From contig NC_043001.1 in the NCBI RefSeq assembly GCF_006345805.1, forward strand, positions 14,384,001 through 14,448,000: a DNA stretch of 64,000 nucleotides, written 5' to 3'. The first letter of the stretch is position 1; every line of letters starts with the position of its first letter. Of this stretch, positions 1-12,818 are shown piece by piece. Position numbers and translations under genes: made by a program. The notes beneath the pieces were generated by a model that was not told the DNA's origin, searched no databases, and worked only from the letters and a program-made list of their open reading frames with translations. This DNA comes from Octopus sinensis (lineage: Eukaryota).

Positions 1-899
1 TGACAAAAGGCCTCTCTCGCACAGAGTGAAAGGCAGACTGTATGATGCGTGTGTACGAACAGCCATGCTACATGGCAGTGAAACATGGGCCGTGACTGCT
101 GAGGATATGCGTAAGCTCGCAAGAAATGAAGCCAGTATGCTCCGATGGATGTGTAATGTCAGTACTCATACTCGGCAGAGTGTATGTACCTTGAGAGAAA
201 AGCTGGACCTAAGAAGCATCAGTTGTGGTGTACAAGAGAGACGTTTGCGCTGGTATGGTCATGTGGCGAGAATGGATGAAGATAGTTGTGTGAAAAAGTG
301 CCACACCCTAGCGGTTGAGGGAACCTGCGGAAGAGGCAGACCCAGGAAAACCTGAGACGAGGTGGTGAAGCACGACCTTCGAACTTTAGGTCTCACTGAG
401 GAAATGACTAGAGACCGAGACCTCTGGAAGTGTGCTGTGCGCGAGAAGACCCGGCAGGACAAGTGAGTCCATAACCCGTGGCCTTCTACATGGGATGGAG
501 CCAGCCTACGTATGCATACCTTCCCTTCTTGGGAGACAAAACTCTACTTGTGAAGACCTGTTGAGGCAAGTGAGGATCAGAATCGAAATCGATCAATGGA
601 AATTGCAGATGTGTTACCAGTGCCGGTGGCATGTAAGGGAACCTTCCATTTCGCGACCGTTGCCAGCGCCGCCCCGACTGGCCTCATGCCGGTGGCACGT
701 AAAAAGCACCATCCGTTCGTGTCCGTTGCCAGCCACTACACTCACGGAGTGGTTGGCGTTAGGAAGGGCATCCAGCCATAGAAACACTGCCAGATTTGAC
801 TGGGCCTGATGAAGCCTTTTGGCTTCACAGACCCCAGTAGAACCGTCCAACCCATGCTAGCATGGAAAACGGATGCTAAACGATGATGATGATGATGAT
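1..899 (+). mobile_element. 3' end of RTE-clade LINE (RT C-terminus, structured 3'UTR, (GAT)n tail)
   Basis: Frame of ORF 26..355 reads LYDACVRTAMLHGSETW...RLRWYGHVARM...GRGRPRKT*DEVVKHDL...RDLWK, the RTE C-terminal signature, with one TGG>TGA stop at 353 and true stop at 464-466. Ends in CCATGCTAGCATGG stem-loop and GAT repeats at 882-899. Confidence 0.9.
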
Positions 900-976
900 A
901 CACATACATACACACAAACATATATATATATCATGTATGTGTGTGGTGTGTGTGTAAACATATATGTATGTATATA

Positions 977-1007
<31 letters not shown>

Positions 1008-1244
1008 GTATGAGTGTGTATATATATATAATCAAAATAAGCAACAAAGATATCCAAGGTAGTGTAGTATAATTGTTTCATGCTACTTCATTTTATTAAA
1101 CACTGTAAGTATTACATCAGTTTTAAAATGTCGAGCAATCTTCAGCCACATATAGAATTTTCCAATTAAACGGACAATGCACATTCTTATCCCTATTTCA
1201 TTTGCCAACATTATAAGGAGGGTATATATATATATATATATATA

Positions 1245-1546
1245 TCACCATGACCGACCAGACTATCAGATGTTGCTACACATCGCTGGTCACAATGCGC
1301 TTCACATTGTTTTAGCCTTCAAATGATGTGACCCCGCTGGCTAAGCGAGCAGGTCAACAGAAGAAAGAGTGAGAGAAAGTTGTGGCGAAAGAGTACAGCA
1401 GGGATCACCACCACCCCCCTGCCGGAGCCTCGTGGAGCTTTAGGTGTTTCCGCTCAATAAACACTCACAACGCCCAGTCTGGGTATCGAAACCACGATTC
1501 TACAACCGCTAGTCCGCTGCCCTAACCACTGGGCCATTGCGCCTCC
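1245..1546 (-). mobile_element. tRNA-headed SINE-A, tail type i, inserted in (TA)n
   Basis: Minus strand starts GGAGGCGCAATGGCCCAGTGGTTAGGGCAGCGG (A box) with B-box-like GTTTCGATACC; same head at 28532, 30689, 39390, 50234. Confidence 0.85.
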
Positions 1547-1699
1547 ATATATATAAGTGTGTGTGTGTGTGTGTGTATGTGTGTGTATGTGTGTGTATGT
1601 ATGCATATAAGTACAATGGGCTTTGTTTTAGTTTCCATTTATTCGATGTAGTGGGATTGTAATTCTAGCTTTCAATGCTATTTTCCTGTACTTGACGTC

Positions 1700-2090
1700 T
1701 ATGGCTGCTTTCCGGCCCCTTTCTGTCTTGTTGTGGTTCAATCGCTGTGTATCAGTTCATCCATTGTTGTCATGGGAGAAGAAACCAGGGTACAGAGTGT
1801 CCAGCAAGGGCCAATCAGTCTGATGCATACTCACAAGGCTCCGTCCCAGGTTGGGCATTTGTGGTCTACTGGAACTGAAGGGGAAGAACTGGCTCTGGAT
1901 TTGTGTAATTCGTATTTTCCCTGTGCCATTGCAATCCTGTCCAGTTCACATGAGGTGACCCCTCTGTTGGTGCAGCTTTGCCAGGCAGGGTGGGCTTGCG
2001 CTTGTGTTTCCCAGTTGTCGGGGTTGATCTCAAAGCTCTTCACGGAGGCTTTGAGTATATCCTTGAAGTGCTTATTCTATCCAAGAAACC
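1700..2090 (-). mobile_element. RTE/BovB-type LINE 3' remnant
   Basis: HFKDILKASVKSFEINPDNWETQAQAHPAWQSC...HKCPT matches the BovB-like C-terminus with a degenerate zinc knuckle. Confidence 0.75.
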
Positions 2091-2122
2091 AGCCTACAAT
2101 GCCATCAAAAGCAAGATGCCAG

Positions 2123-2578
2123 TTAACCCTTTTGTTACCAACCCGGCTGAAACCGGCTCTGGCTCTGAGTACGTTTTGTTTTCATAAGTTTTGAATTAAA
2201 CTGGCATGGGTTAGTCAGTTTTTACTGGTAAGCCAGAGAGCTGCACCAAGTTCTAGTCTGATTTGGCATGGTTTCTACAGCTAAATGCCCTTCCTAATGC
2301 CAACCACTCCAATAATGTAATTGGTGCTTAATATGTGCCACTGGCACGGCTGCGAGTTACATGACCCCGGGAACAGTCTCTACAGTTAGATGCCCTTCCC
2401 AATGCCAACAATGCCAAGAGTGTTATATGTGCCACCAGCTCAGGTGCTTAGTCACAAGTTATGTCCCTAACACTAGCTTAATGATAACTAAGTTATTTTA
2501 CTAAATTCTTTATTAGAATTAAAGTAATTGAAAGAAACACAGAGCATCTCAAAATAAATACAGTAATGAAAGGGTTAA
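2123..2578. mobile_element. piggyBac-like MITE interrupted by an RTE 3'UTR fragment
   Basis: TTAA|CCCTTT...AAAGGG|TTAA termini (TTAA at 2123-2126 and 2575-2578); body matches the 24.3-26.5 kb array unit. Confidence 0.8.
2201..2450 (-). mobile_element. RTE 3'UTR fragment
   Basis: Reverse complement of the GGTTGGCATTAGGAAGGGCAT / GTGCCAGTGGCAC motifs; near-identical to 9575-9850. Confidence 0.75.
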
Positions 2579-2774
2579 ACACACAGAGATGAAGGATTCC
2601 TGGCTCAACAACAAGGATGAGATACAGGATTCCTGGATGAGATACAGAAGTACATTGACAGCATCAACTCCAAGAACTTCTACAATGCCTAGAAAGCCAT
2701 TTAGGGACCAAAGTTCCTTGGAACCACTGTATACAATAAGCTCAGATGTATATATATTAGTTTATGTTTGTGTA

Positions 2775-3142
2775 CATACATGGTCACATTGTTCTGGGTT
2801 CAGTCCCACTGCGTGGCACCTTGGACAAGTGTCTTCTATTATAGCCTCGGGCCAACCAAAACCTTGTGAGTGGATTTGGCAGACGGAAACTGAAAGAAGC
2901 CCGTCGTATATATGTATGTGTGTGTATGTGTTTGTGCGTCTGTATTTGTCCCCCTAGCATTGCTTGACAACCGATGCTGGTGTGTTTACGTCCCCGTAAC
3001 TTAGTGGTTTGGCTGAAGAGACCGATAGAATAAGTACTAGGCTTACAAAGAATAAGTCCTGGGGTCGATTTGCTCGACTAAAAGGAGGTGCTCCAGCATG
3101 GCCGCAGTCAAATGACTGAAACAAGTAAAAGAGTAAAAGAGT
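2775..3142 (+). mobile_element. SINE-B (tRNA-like head, internal TA/TG microsatellite, AAAGAGT tail), 5' truncated
   Basis: Matches the many SINE-B copies in the window; ends CAAATGACTGAAACAAGTAAAAGAGTAAAAGAGT. Confidence 0.85.
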
Positions 3143-3423
3143 GGCTCTTTCCTCATCACCAGTCTGATAGCCGGTCTTGGTTTGTTTACATCCCGGTAAT
3201 TTAGCAGTTTAGCAAAAGAAATAAGAACAAGTACAAGGGATAAAAAAAAATTTTTTAATTAGTACTGAAGTTGATTTGCTTGACTAAAGACCTTCCAAAG
3301 TGGCGCCCCAACATGAGCACAGCCCCTTTACTGAAACAAATAAGAGACAAAAGAACCCCTGTGCATGGAAATAGCTGAGTAACAAAATTAGGGGAACACA
3401 GTTGTATAAATGGCTGTGTGTCT

Positions 3424-3456
<33 letters not shown>

Positions 3457-3592
3457 GGAGAGAGAGAGAGAGAGTAAATAAATGACTATGCAAATCTGTG
3501 TGTGTGTATGTGTGCATGCGGGGGGGAGAGCGTGTAAATGACTGCAAACTCATGTATGTATATAGGGTGTGTCTGTATATATGTGTGCGCGG

Positions 3593-3626
<34 letters not shown>

Positions 3627-3639
3627 TTTCCCTTATTGA

Positions 3640-5875
3640 TACAATTAACAGTTGTTGAAGTTATTGTTGATGCTGTTGTTATTGTTGTTGTTGTCGTTTT
3701 TCAATGGTATTCCTTCTATTGTTTTTCTCCGCCGCCACCGCCGCCGCCACCATCAATACCGACCCCCCCACCTCCACCCCTTCCCTCCGTTTTATTCAAT
3801 TCTCTCCTTTTCTTTCCTTTACCACCCACTCCTCTTCTCAATCCACCCTCCCCCCTATTCTCTTACCTCTTCCCACCACCACCACCAACACCACCACCAC
3901 CACCACCTCCACCACCACCACCACCACCACCATACCATTCATATCTCAATATATTTGTCATTTACAAAGAATTGCTCCTTTGATGTTTTTTTGTTGTTGT
4001 TGTTTCTGTTTGTTTTTTTTTGTCAAAAGCATCCAGAACGACCTGACCTGAGCATGTCTACTACTACCTCAACCACAACCATCACTACTACTACCTCAAC
4101 CACCACCATTACTACTACTACTACCACCACTACTACTGCTACAACTACCACCTCAACCATCACTACTACTACTACTATTACTGCTACAACTACTACTACT
4201 ACCACCTACCACCACTGCTACTACTACTACAATTACTACCTCTATCACTACTACTATACTACTACTACCACCTCAATTACCACTTACCACCACCACTGCT
4301 ACTACAATTACTACCTCTATCACTACTATTACCATCACTACTACCACCTCAACCACTACCACCATTACTACTACTACCACAACTACCACCTCGACCATCA
4401 CTACTACTACTACAACCTCAACCACCACCACTACTACTACTACAATTACTACCTCTATCACAACTATTACCATCACTACTACTACTACTACCACCTCAAC
4501 CACCACCACCCCACTACTACTACCTCAACCATCACCAACACCATTATTACTACTACTACATCAACCACTACTACTACTACTACTATTATTACTACTACTA
4601 CTATCACAACCACTATCATTATTACTACTATAACCATCACTAACACAACTACTACTACTGCAACACCTACCACTAGCACCACTACAACCACTACACCACC
4701 TTTACTACTGCCACCACAACCTCCAAAATACCCCCCAAATACCACCACCACCTCTACCATCACAAGTTTGCCCACTGCCCCTCCACTGGTCATGCATTGG
4801 TCAAGATTAAACCTCCAGCCGTTAATCCAACAACAATAGGAACCAGTTCAGGCCACTTCTACAACCCTGGTAATCCCCCAGCACCACCACCACCACCACT
4901 ACCACCACCGCTACCACAGCAGCCACTACCACCACGACAACTATGTCAATACTATCATCTTTATGGAATTGTTTCAGAATGACAATAGAAAGCACTCACC
5001 ACCCCTGGTGTTCCATCTTACCTCCTGCCCACCCCCTACACACGCCACGCTCCCAACCCCCCCCCCCGTTTTCATACCTGACCCTAGAGTCACTCCTTCA
5101 TACACTACCACTGCAGCTACTACAGCATACCACCAAAAACTATCTTTACTACCACGACCTTATCACTTACACTATTAAAGCATATACCACCACCACTGTC
5201 TCTACCATCATCGCTACCACCGTGACCACCACCACCTCTACCATCATCACCATCACCACCACCACAACCTCTACTATCACCACTACCACCTCTACCATCA
5301 TCACCATCACCACCACCACAACCTCTACTATCACCACTACCACTACTACCACAATCACCGCCACCACCATCATCATCACCACTACTACCACCATCATCAT
5401 GACCACTATCACCACCACCACCACCACTACTACCACTACTACCACCATCATCATGACCACTATCACCACCACCACCACCACTACTACCACTACTACCACC
5501 ATCATCATGACCACTATCACCACCACCACCACCACTACTACCACTACTACCACCATCATCATGACCACTATCACCACCACCACCACCACTACTACCACTA
5601 CTACCACCATCATCATCACCACTATCACTGCCACCATCACCACCACATTCACCACCACCAGTACAACTGCCACCATCACCATCACCACTTTCACTAAAAT
5701 CAACCACTACTACCATCTCAACCATTAACACTATTACCACCACAACTACTACTACTACTACTACCACCGAAGCCATCTTCACTGCCACCACATACCACAT
5801 ACAGTACTGCAGCATGCAATCCCCACCACAACCACCACCACCACCACCACCACCAACATCATCATCATCATCGTC
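3640..5875. repeat. Mosaic trinucleotide low-complexity tract (GTT, CAC, TAC, CAT)
   Basis: Direct inspection; explains the Thr/His/Val/Gly-rich ORFs on both strands. Confidence 0.9.
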
Positions 5876-6101
5876 GGCTGAGGCACAGCTCCTCAAACTG
5901 GGGCATTCATCTGCATCTGTGAAGCATTGTATAATATGTCTGATTTGTTGGATGTTTTATGAGGGAATAGATGGAGGGGGGGGCACATGGAGATAAAGGG
6001 AGAGGGAGAGAGGGAGAGGTTTTAGGGTGGAGGGTGGAAAATAGAATGATTGAGAGACAATTGACAGGAAGAGGGGGTAAGGGGAGGAGTAGAATATACA
6101 G

Positions 6102-6133
<32 letters not shown>

Positions 6134-6169
6134 TGTGAAGAAGAGAGAATGCCTAACGCTTAATAAGAC

Positions 6170-6620
6170 ATACACATACCCACACACATACACACACATA
6201 CACACCATATACACACACATACATGCATGCATGCATGCATGCGTAGATACATACACACAAACATACAGATATGCATTCATGCATGTATACGTGCATACCT
6301 ATATACTTACATGCATACACACATACATACACACACACACACACATACACACATATGTATTTACATACAATGCACACACATGCATACATACACACATACA
6401 TATACATACATACATACAGATATATATGCATACATACATATACATATATACTTACATACACACATATATAGATACACACATACATACACACATACATATA
6501 TACATACATACATACATACACACATACATACATACATACACACATACATACGCACATACATACATACACACATACATGTGCACATACATACACACATACA
6601 CACATACAGACAGACAAACA
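6170..6620. repeat. (CA)/(CATA) microsatellite mosaic
   Basis: Direct inspection. Confidence 0.9.
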
Positions 6621-6807
6621 GACAGACAAATCAACCAACTCACACATTACAAATACAGCTTGTAAGTGGAACAGTCAAAATATGCAAGACTTTTCTCAAG
6701 TTTAGAATGTGACATTGTTTTTGGTATCTGCATTCCAACGATGGAAGGTTAGAAACCAGCTCCTGCCTCAGATGAAGAGCTTCAGTAATCAAAGAACAGA
6801 AGAGAAT

Positions 6808-6838
<31 letters not shown>

Positions 6839-6937
6839 TTCCAACAATTGAGCTTTCTATCTTTGTTAGAAACCAGCACCTTTTTCTAAGGAAGAATTTA
6901 AATAGTTTAAAACATAAAAGAATATACATATATACAT

Positions 6938-7346
6938 AGGTGTAAGAGTGGCTGTGTGGTAAGTAGCTTGCTTACCAGCCACATGGTTCCGGGTTCAGTC
7001 CCACTGCATGGCACCTTGGGCAAAGTGTCTTCTACTATAGCCTCGGGCCGACCAAAGCCTTGTGAGTGGATTTGGTAGATGGAAACTGAAAGAAGCCCGT
7101 CATATATATGTGTGTGTGTGTGTATGTTTGTGTGTCTGTTTTTGTCCCCCCAACATCGCTTGACAACTGATGCTGGTATGTTATATCACCATAACTTAGC
7201 GATTTGCCAAAAGAGACTGATAGAATAAGTACTAGGCTTACAAAGGCTTACAAAGAGTAAGTCCTGGGGTTGATTTGCTCGACTAAAGGCTGTGCTTCAG
7301 TATGGCCACAGTCAAATGACTGAAACAAGTAAAAGAGTAAAGAGTA
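6938..7346 (+). mobile_element. SINE-B, full length
   Basis: Head AGAGTGGCTGTGTGGTAAG...GGTTCAGTCCC through AAAGAGT tail. Confidence 0.9.
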
Positions 7347-7364
7347 TACATGCGAACCATATCA

Positions 7365-7575
7365 GGACAATTACACCCCCATAGGAAAATCCCCACCCCC
7401 GACGACAATTATCCCCTAGGATAATTACCCCCGCCCCACAGTTAATAAACCCCGTTCTCTAATATATTAAGAAGTTTTAAATCCTCATCTGTTGACCTCA
7501 GGAGTAATTGTCTTTGGGGTAGTAATTGTCCTTGGGATGGTTATTGTCATGGGGAGGGTAAATGGCCTAGACTCC
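7365..7575. mobile_element. MITE-like element with inverted subterminal GGACAATTACCCC repeats
   Basis: Repeated (g)acaatta(c/t)cccc on the left and ggg(a/t)gtaattgtc on the right; termini degenerate. Confidence 0.5.
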
Positions 7576-7688
7576 ATTTGAACACAGTTGGAAAACAGGA
7601 TGGAGAAAATGGTATTTTAATGCAAAAGGCAGAGTAAAATAGTGATTTATTGGAAGTGAAAAGAGTTCAGGAACTGTTATTCAGCTTT

Positions 7689-8108
7689 GGCGGCAAGCTA
7701 GTGGCGAGCTGGCAGAAACATTAGCACGCTGGGCGAAATGCTTAGCGGTTGAGTTCAAATTCCGCCGAGGTCAACTTTGCCTTTCATTCTTTCGGGGTCG
7801 ATAAATTAAGTACCAGTTACACACTGGGGTCAACGTAATCAACTTAATCCCTTTGTCTGTCTTTGTTTGTCCCCTCTATGTTTAGCCCCTTGTGGGCAAT
7901 AAAGAAATAAGAAACATTAGCACGCTGGGCGAAATGCTTAGCGGTTGAGTTCAAATTCCGCCGAGGTCGAATTTGCCTTTCATCCTTTCAGGGTTGGTAA
8001 ATTAAGTACCAGTTATACACTGGGGTTGATGTAATCGACTTAATCCCTTTGTCTGTCTTTGTTTGTCCCCTCTATGTTTAGCTCCTTGTGGGCAATAAAG
8101 AAATAAGA
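7689..8108 (+). mobile_element. SINE-C head-to-tail dimer with 16-bp TSD
   Basis: AACTGTTATTCAGCTT at 7672-7687 and 8109-8124; second unit restarts at GAAACATTAGC (7911). Confidence 0.9.
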
Positions 8109-8670
8109 AACTGTTATTCAGCTTCACATGACCAATCATTGGACAGATGTACCTTGGGCAAGTTTCTTCTTCTATAGCAGTGAACCAGAGAGCTAAGCAA
8201 ACATTCAGAATGAGATAATTGGACATGGTTGACTGGATGCTGTAGTCATTTGGCATAGATGTCTGGACACTGAACCTGTTTTGGCAATGACTTTTGTGGG
8301 TAACATTACTTTTCGGGACCAGAAGAAAACACACACACACACATACATACATACACACATGCATGCATGTACACACATACAGATGGAAAGAGAGAAAGAG
8401 AGAGAGAGTGATTGTCACACATGCATTGCCCCTCCTTGGGACAGCGTGCTGCACAGTGCTTTGAAGTCTAGAAAGTTACTGCACGCTGTGCAGACGTGAA
8501 CAAAATGTTTTTTTTAAATTACTTTTTAATGGGAGACCAGCTGTTACCGTTGCATGCAAGTGACCCCTCTGCACATCACAGGCCCCAACCACCAGGTCAC
8601 AAATCATTTAGAACTGGGCCACACAAAATGAATAAGTTTTAGAATTTTATTCCTATTTTATTGACTATCA

Positions 8671-8826
8671 GAGTAGGAGTGGGTGTGTGGTAAGAAGCTT
8701 GCTTCCCAACCACATGGTTCCAGGTTCAATTCCACTGCATGGCACTAAGGGCATCTTCTACTATAGCCTTGGGCCAGCCAAAGCCTTGTGAGTGGATTTG
8801 GTAGATGGAAACTGAAAGAAGCCTGT

Positions 8827-8860
<34 letters not shown>

Positions 8861-9070
8861 AATAGTTGTGTGCTTGTGTCTGTGTTTGTCTCCCCACTAA
8901 TGCTTGACAACCAATGTTGGTGTGTTTAACGTCCTCGTAACTTAGTGGTTTGGCAAAAGGGACTGATAGCATAAGTACTAGGCTTACAAAGAATAAGTCC
9001 TGGGGTCAATTTGTTCAACTAAAGGCAGTGCTCCAGCATGGCTGCAATTAAATGACTGAAACGAGTCAAA
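8671..9070 (+). mobile_element. SINE-B
   Basis: Family match over full length. Confidence 0.85.
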
Positions 9071-9202
9071 AAATTTTTTTAAATAAAATAAAATATTGCA
9101 TTATGTTTTGACATTATGGCCTTGGTCTACACTGGCCGAAACCTATCAAAGTTATATGTATCATATAAAGCAATATATATAATGCATTATATACATATAA
9201 TA

Positions 9203-9523
9203 GTGAAAGCATGTGGCTTTGTTGTTAGGGCATTCAGCTCATGGTCGTAAGGTCGTGAGTTCAATTCCCAGTGACGTGTTGTATCCTTGAGCAAGACACT
9301 TTATTTCACGTTGCTCCAGTCTACTCAGCTGGCAAAAATGAGTTGTACCCGTAATTCAAAGGGCCAGCCTTGTCACATTCCGTGTCACACTGAATCTCCC
9401 TAAGAATTACGTTAAGGGTACACGTGTCTGTGGAGTACTCAGCCACTTGCACATTAATTTCACAAGCAAGCTGTTCCATTGATCATATCAGCTGGGACCC
9501 TCGTCATCGTAACCGACGGAGTG
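9203..9523 (+). mobile_element. CORE-like SINE, tail type ii
   Basis: tRNA-like head, then TTGAGCAAGACACTTTATTTCACGTTGCTCCAGT...GGCAAAAATGAG (resembles the CORE domain), then the tail shared with 39390-39728. Confidence 0.75.
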
Positions 9524-9536
9524 GTCGTTATACATA

Positions 9537-10256
9537 TCACCGTCATCATCATTTAGCGTCTGCTTTCCATGCTGGCATGGGTTAGATGGTTTTTACTGGC
9601 AAGCCAGAGAGCTGCACCAAGTTCTAGTCTGATCTGGCATGGTTTCTACAGCTAAATGCCCTTCCTACTGCCAACCACTCCAAGAGTGTAATGGGTGCTT
9701 AACATGTGCCACTGACACAGACGCTTTTATGTGCCACTGGCACGGCTGCCAGTTACATGACCCCGGGAACAGTCCCTACAGTTAGATGCCCTTTCTAAAG
9801 TCAACCATGCCAAGAGTGTTATATGTGCCACCAGCTCAGGTACTTTTATGTGCCACTGGCACGGGTTCCAGTTACGTGACACTGGGAACAGTCTCTACAG
9901 TTAGATGCCCTTCCTAATGCCAACCATGCTAAGAGTGTTATATGTGCCACCAGCACAGGTGCTTTTATGTTCCTCTGGCACGGGTGCCAGTTACGTGACA
10001 CCGGGAACAATCTCTACAGCTAAATGCCCTTCCTAAAGCCAATCATGCCAAGAGTGTTATATGTACCACCAGCACAGGTGCTTTTATGTCCCACTGGCAC
10101 AGGTGCCAGTTATGTGACACCGGCACTGGCCACAACCACAATTTCGCTCAGCTTGATGAATCTTCTCAAGCATAGCATATCGCCAAACATCTTGCTGACT
10201 TGTCATCGCCTCCATGAGGTCCTACGTTCAAAGATCTCCACCTCATCCGTAATAAT
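9537..10256 (-). mobile_element. 5'-truncated RTE LINE with tandemly expanded 3'UTR (about 120-bp subunits)
   Basis: GAT-type tail at about 9537-9552, same UTR motifs as 1-899, degenerate EAMTS...WRYAMLEK C-terminus at 10140-10256. Confidence 0.8.
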
Positions 10257-10406
10257 TCATTAATTGAACAAGACTGACTTAAACACTTTATCTCTTCCTC
10301 AAAATGTTTGATGTCAAGTAAGTCATTGCTGAACACATACGCCATAGAAACCGGGAAACAGGGCCCATGAGCCTGGCTAGGCTTTAAAAGGGTGCATTTA
10401 TAACAT

Positions 10407-10662
10407 GGAGGCGCGTGGCTTAGTGGTTAGGGTGTCAGCACCATGGTCGTAAGATTGTGGTTTCGATTCCTGGACCGGGCAACGCGTTGTGTTTTTGAGC
10501 AAAACACTTCATTTCACGTTGCTCCAGTCCACTCAGCTGGCAAAAATGAGTAACGCTGCGATGGACTGGCATCCCGTCAAGCTGGGGAACACATACGCCA
10601 TAGAAACCGGGAAACAGGGCCCATGAGCCTGGCTAGGCTTTAAAAGGGCGCATTTATTTTTA
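10407..10662 (+). mobile_element. CORE-like SINE, tail type iv, preceded by a duplicate of its own tail (about 10330-10400)
   Basis: GGAGGCGCGTGGCTTAGTGG head, CORE-like centre, GCTGCGATGGACTGGC...GGCTTTAAAAGGG tail; same family at 47231-47436 (-) and 59236-59486. Confidence 0.8.
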
Positions 10663-11280
10663 TTTTTAACATGGTAAGGGATTCACCTGACAAAACAGGA
10701 AATTTAAACAAAGATAGTGCTTTTGTGACCAATTTGTAAAGCGGTTGGTATTAGGAAGGGTAAACTGATGTAGAAACAATACCAATGTAGACACTGGAGC
10801 ATGATGAAGCCCTCTGTCTTGTCAGATCATGTCAAACAATCCAACCATGCCAAAATAGTAGACATGTTAAAACATAATGATAACGATGATATAGAGGTAC
10901 ACCAAATTTTCCAACATTCTCTGTAAATGTATGTGTGTGTTTATTTATGTGTGTATGTCTGTACATGTGTGTGTGTCTGTGTGTGTGTTTGTTTTCCATC
11001 TACTACTGGACGACTGGTATTGGTTTATGTTCTCATAACTTAGCAGTTCAGCAAAGGAGACCAAGAGAATACCTGTTTCTTTTGCCAAACTGCTAAGTTA
11101 TGGAAATGTAAATACATCAACATTGGTTGTCAAGCAATGGTGGGGGGATAAGCACACACACATATAAACATATATATATATATATATGATGGGTTTCTTT
11201 CAGTTTCCATTTACCAAATCTACTCAGAAGGTTTCAGTTGGCCTGAGGCTATAGTAGAAGACACTTGCCCAAGGTGTCAT

Positions 11281-11790
11281 GCAGTGGAACTGAACCCGGA
11301 ACCATGTGGTTGGTAAGCAAGCTACTTACCACACAGCCACTTCTGCGCCTATATGTGTGTATGTGTGTGTGTGTCGATGTGTGTATGTGTTTGTCCTCCC
11401 CATCACTGCTTGACAACCGGTGTTGGTGTGTTTGCATCCCCATAGCCTCGCAGTGGAACTGAACCCAGACCCATGTGGTTGGGAAGCAAACATCTTACCA
11501 CACAGCCACTTCTGCTCCTGTGTGTGTGTGTGTATCTGTGTGTGTCGATGAGTGTGTGTTTGTCCTCCTCATCACTGCTTGACAACCGGTGTTGGTGTGT
11601 TTGCATCCCCATAGCCTCGCAGTGGAACTGAACCCGGACCCATGTGGTTGGGAAGCAAACATCTTACCACACAGCCACTTCTGCTCCTGTGTGTGTGTGT
11701 GTATCTGTGTGTGTCGATGAGTGTGTGTTTGTCCTCCCCATCACTGCTTGACAACCGGTGTTGGTGTGTTTGCGTCCCCAATAGCCTGGC
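11281..11790. repeat. 169-bp tandem repeat x3 built from opposite-strand SINE-B parts
   Basis: GCAGTGGAACTGAACCC recurs at 11281, 11450, 11619. Confidence 0.85.
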
Positions 11791-11940
11791 AGTTCAGCTA
11801 AAGACGACTGATGGAATGGCTACTATAGGCTTGGAAGGTAAGGTCCTGGCTGGGGTCGATTCGCTTGGCTGAAACGCTTCAAGGAGTTGCTCCAGAATGG
11901 CCACAGTCAACTGACTGAAACAAGTAAAAGAACAAAAGAA

Positions 11941-12492
11941 TATGCGTGTGCGTGTCTGCATGTGCGTGCATGTGTGTGTGTGCGTGCGTGTATGTGTGTG
12001 TGCGTGCGTGTGCGTGCATGTGTGTGTGCGTGCGTGCATGTGTGTGTGTGCGTGCGTGCATGTGTGTGTGTGTGTGTGTGCGTGCATGTGTGTGTGCGTG
12101 CGTGCATGTGTGTGTGTGTGTGTGTGTGTGCGTGCGTGCATGTGTGTGTGTGCGTGCATGTGTGTGCCTGCGTGTGCGTGCGTGCATGTGTGTGTGTGCG
12201 TGCATGTGTGTGTGCGTGCGTGTGCGTGCATGTGTGTGTGCGTGCGTGCATGTGTGTGTGCGTGCGTGTGCGTGCATGTGTGTGTGCGTGCGTGCATGTG
12301 TGCATGTGTGTGTGTGTGCGTGCGTGCATGTGTGTGTGTGTGTGTGTCTGCGTGTGCGTGCGTGCATGTGTGTGTGTGTGTGCGTGCATGTGTGTGTGTG
12401 TGTGTGCGTGCATGCATGTGTGTGTGTGCGTGTGTGTGCGTGCGTGTGTGTGCATGTGTGCGTGCATGTGTGTGTGTGTGTGTGTGTGTGTA
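11941..12492. repeat. (GT)/(GTGC)/(CATG) alternating purine-pyrimidine tract
   Basis: Direct inspection. Confidence 0.95.
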
Positions 12493-12687
12493 TTCTTGTG
12501 ATTTTGTTTGCAAGTACAAGGTTTACGAGTACAAAATGAAGTACTTCATATTTCAGTAATAACTGTACTTTGTTTTGTTTTTGTTTTTTTGTTTTTTGTA
12601 TTCTTCATTGGGAGTTAATTCAGTTTCGATTCTAAACGAATCTGATCGCAAATGCAAGCACTTAATATAAATTCGTGTGTGTGCGTG

Positions 12688-12730
<43 letters not shown>

Positions 12731-12784
12731 CTATATAGCTTATTCATATTGATGTATAGGTATATGTATACACAGAGGGAGAGG

Positions 12785-12818
<34 letters not shown>

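Noticed and set aside
806-830. Hammerhead at CTGATGA-AGCC-TTTT-GGCT in the RTE 3'UTR
   Set aside because: The stem is followed by TCAC, not GAAA; it is an ordinary hairpin.
3652-5896. Long Thr/His/Gly/Val-rich ORFs (395, 261, 258 aa) as mucin-like genes
   Set aside because: They arise from CAC/TAC/CAT repeats that lack stops in several frames on both strands; no splice or domain support.
11794-12559. HT/CV/MYV-repeat ORFs here and at 6.1-6.7, 13-14, 17.8-18.5, 45-50 and 52 kb
   Set aside because: Translations of di- and tetranucleotide microsatellites.
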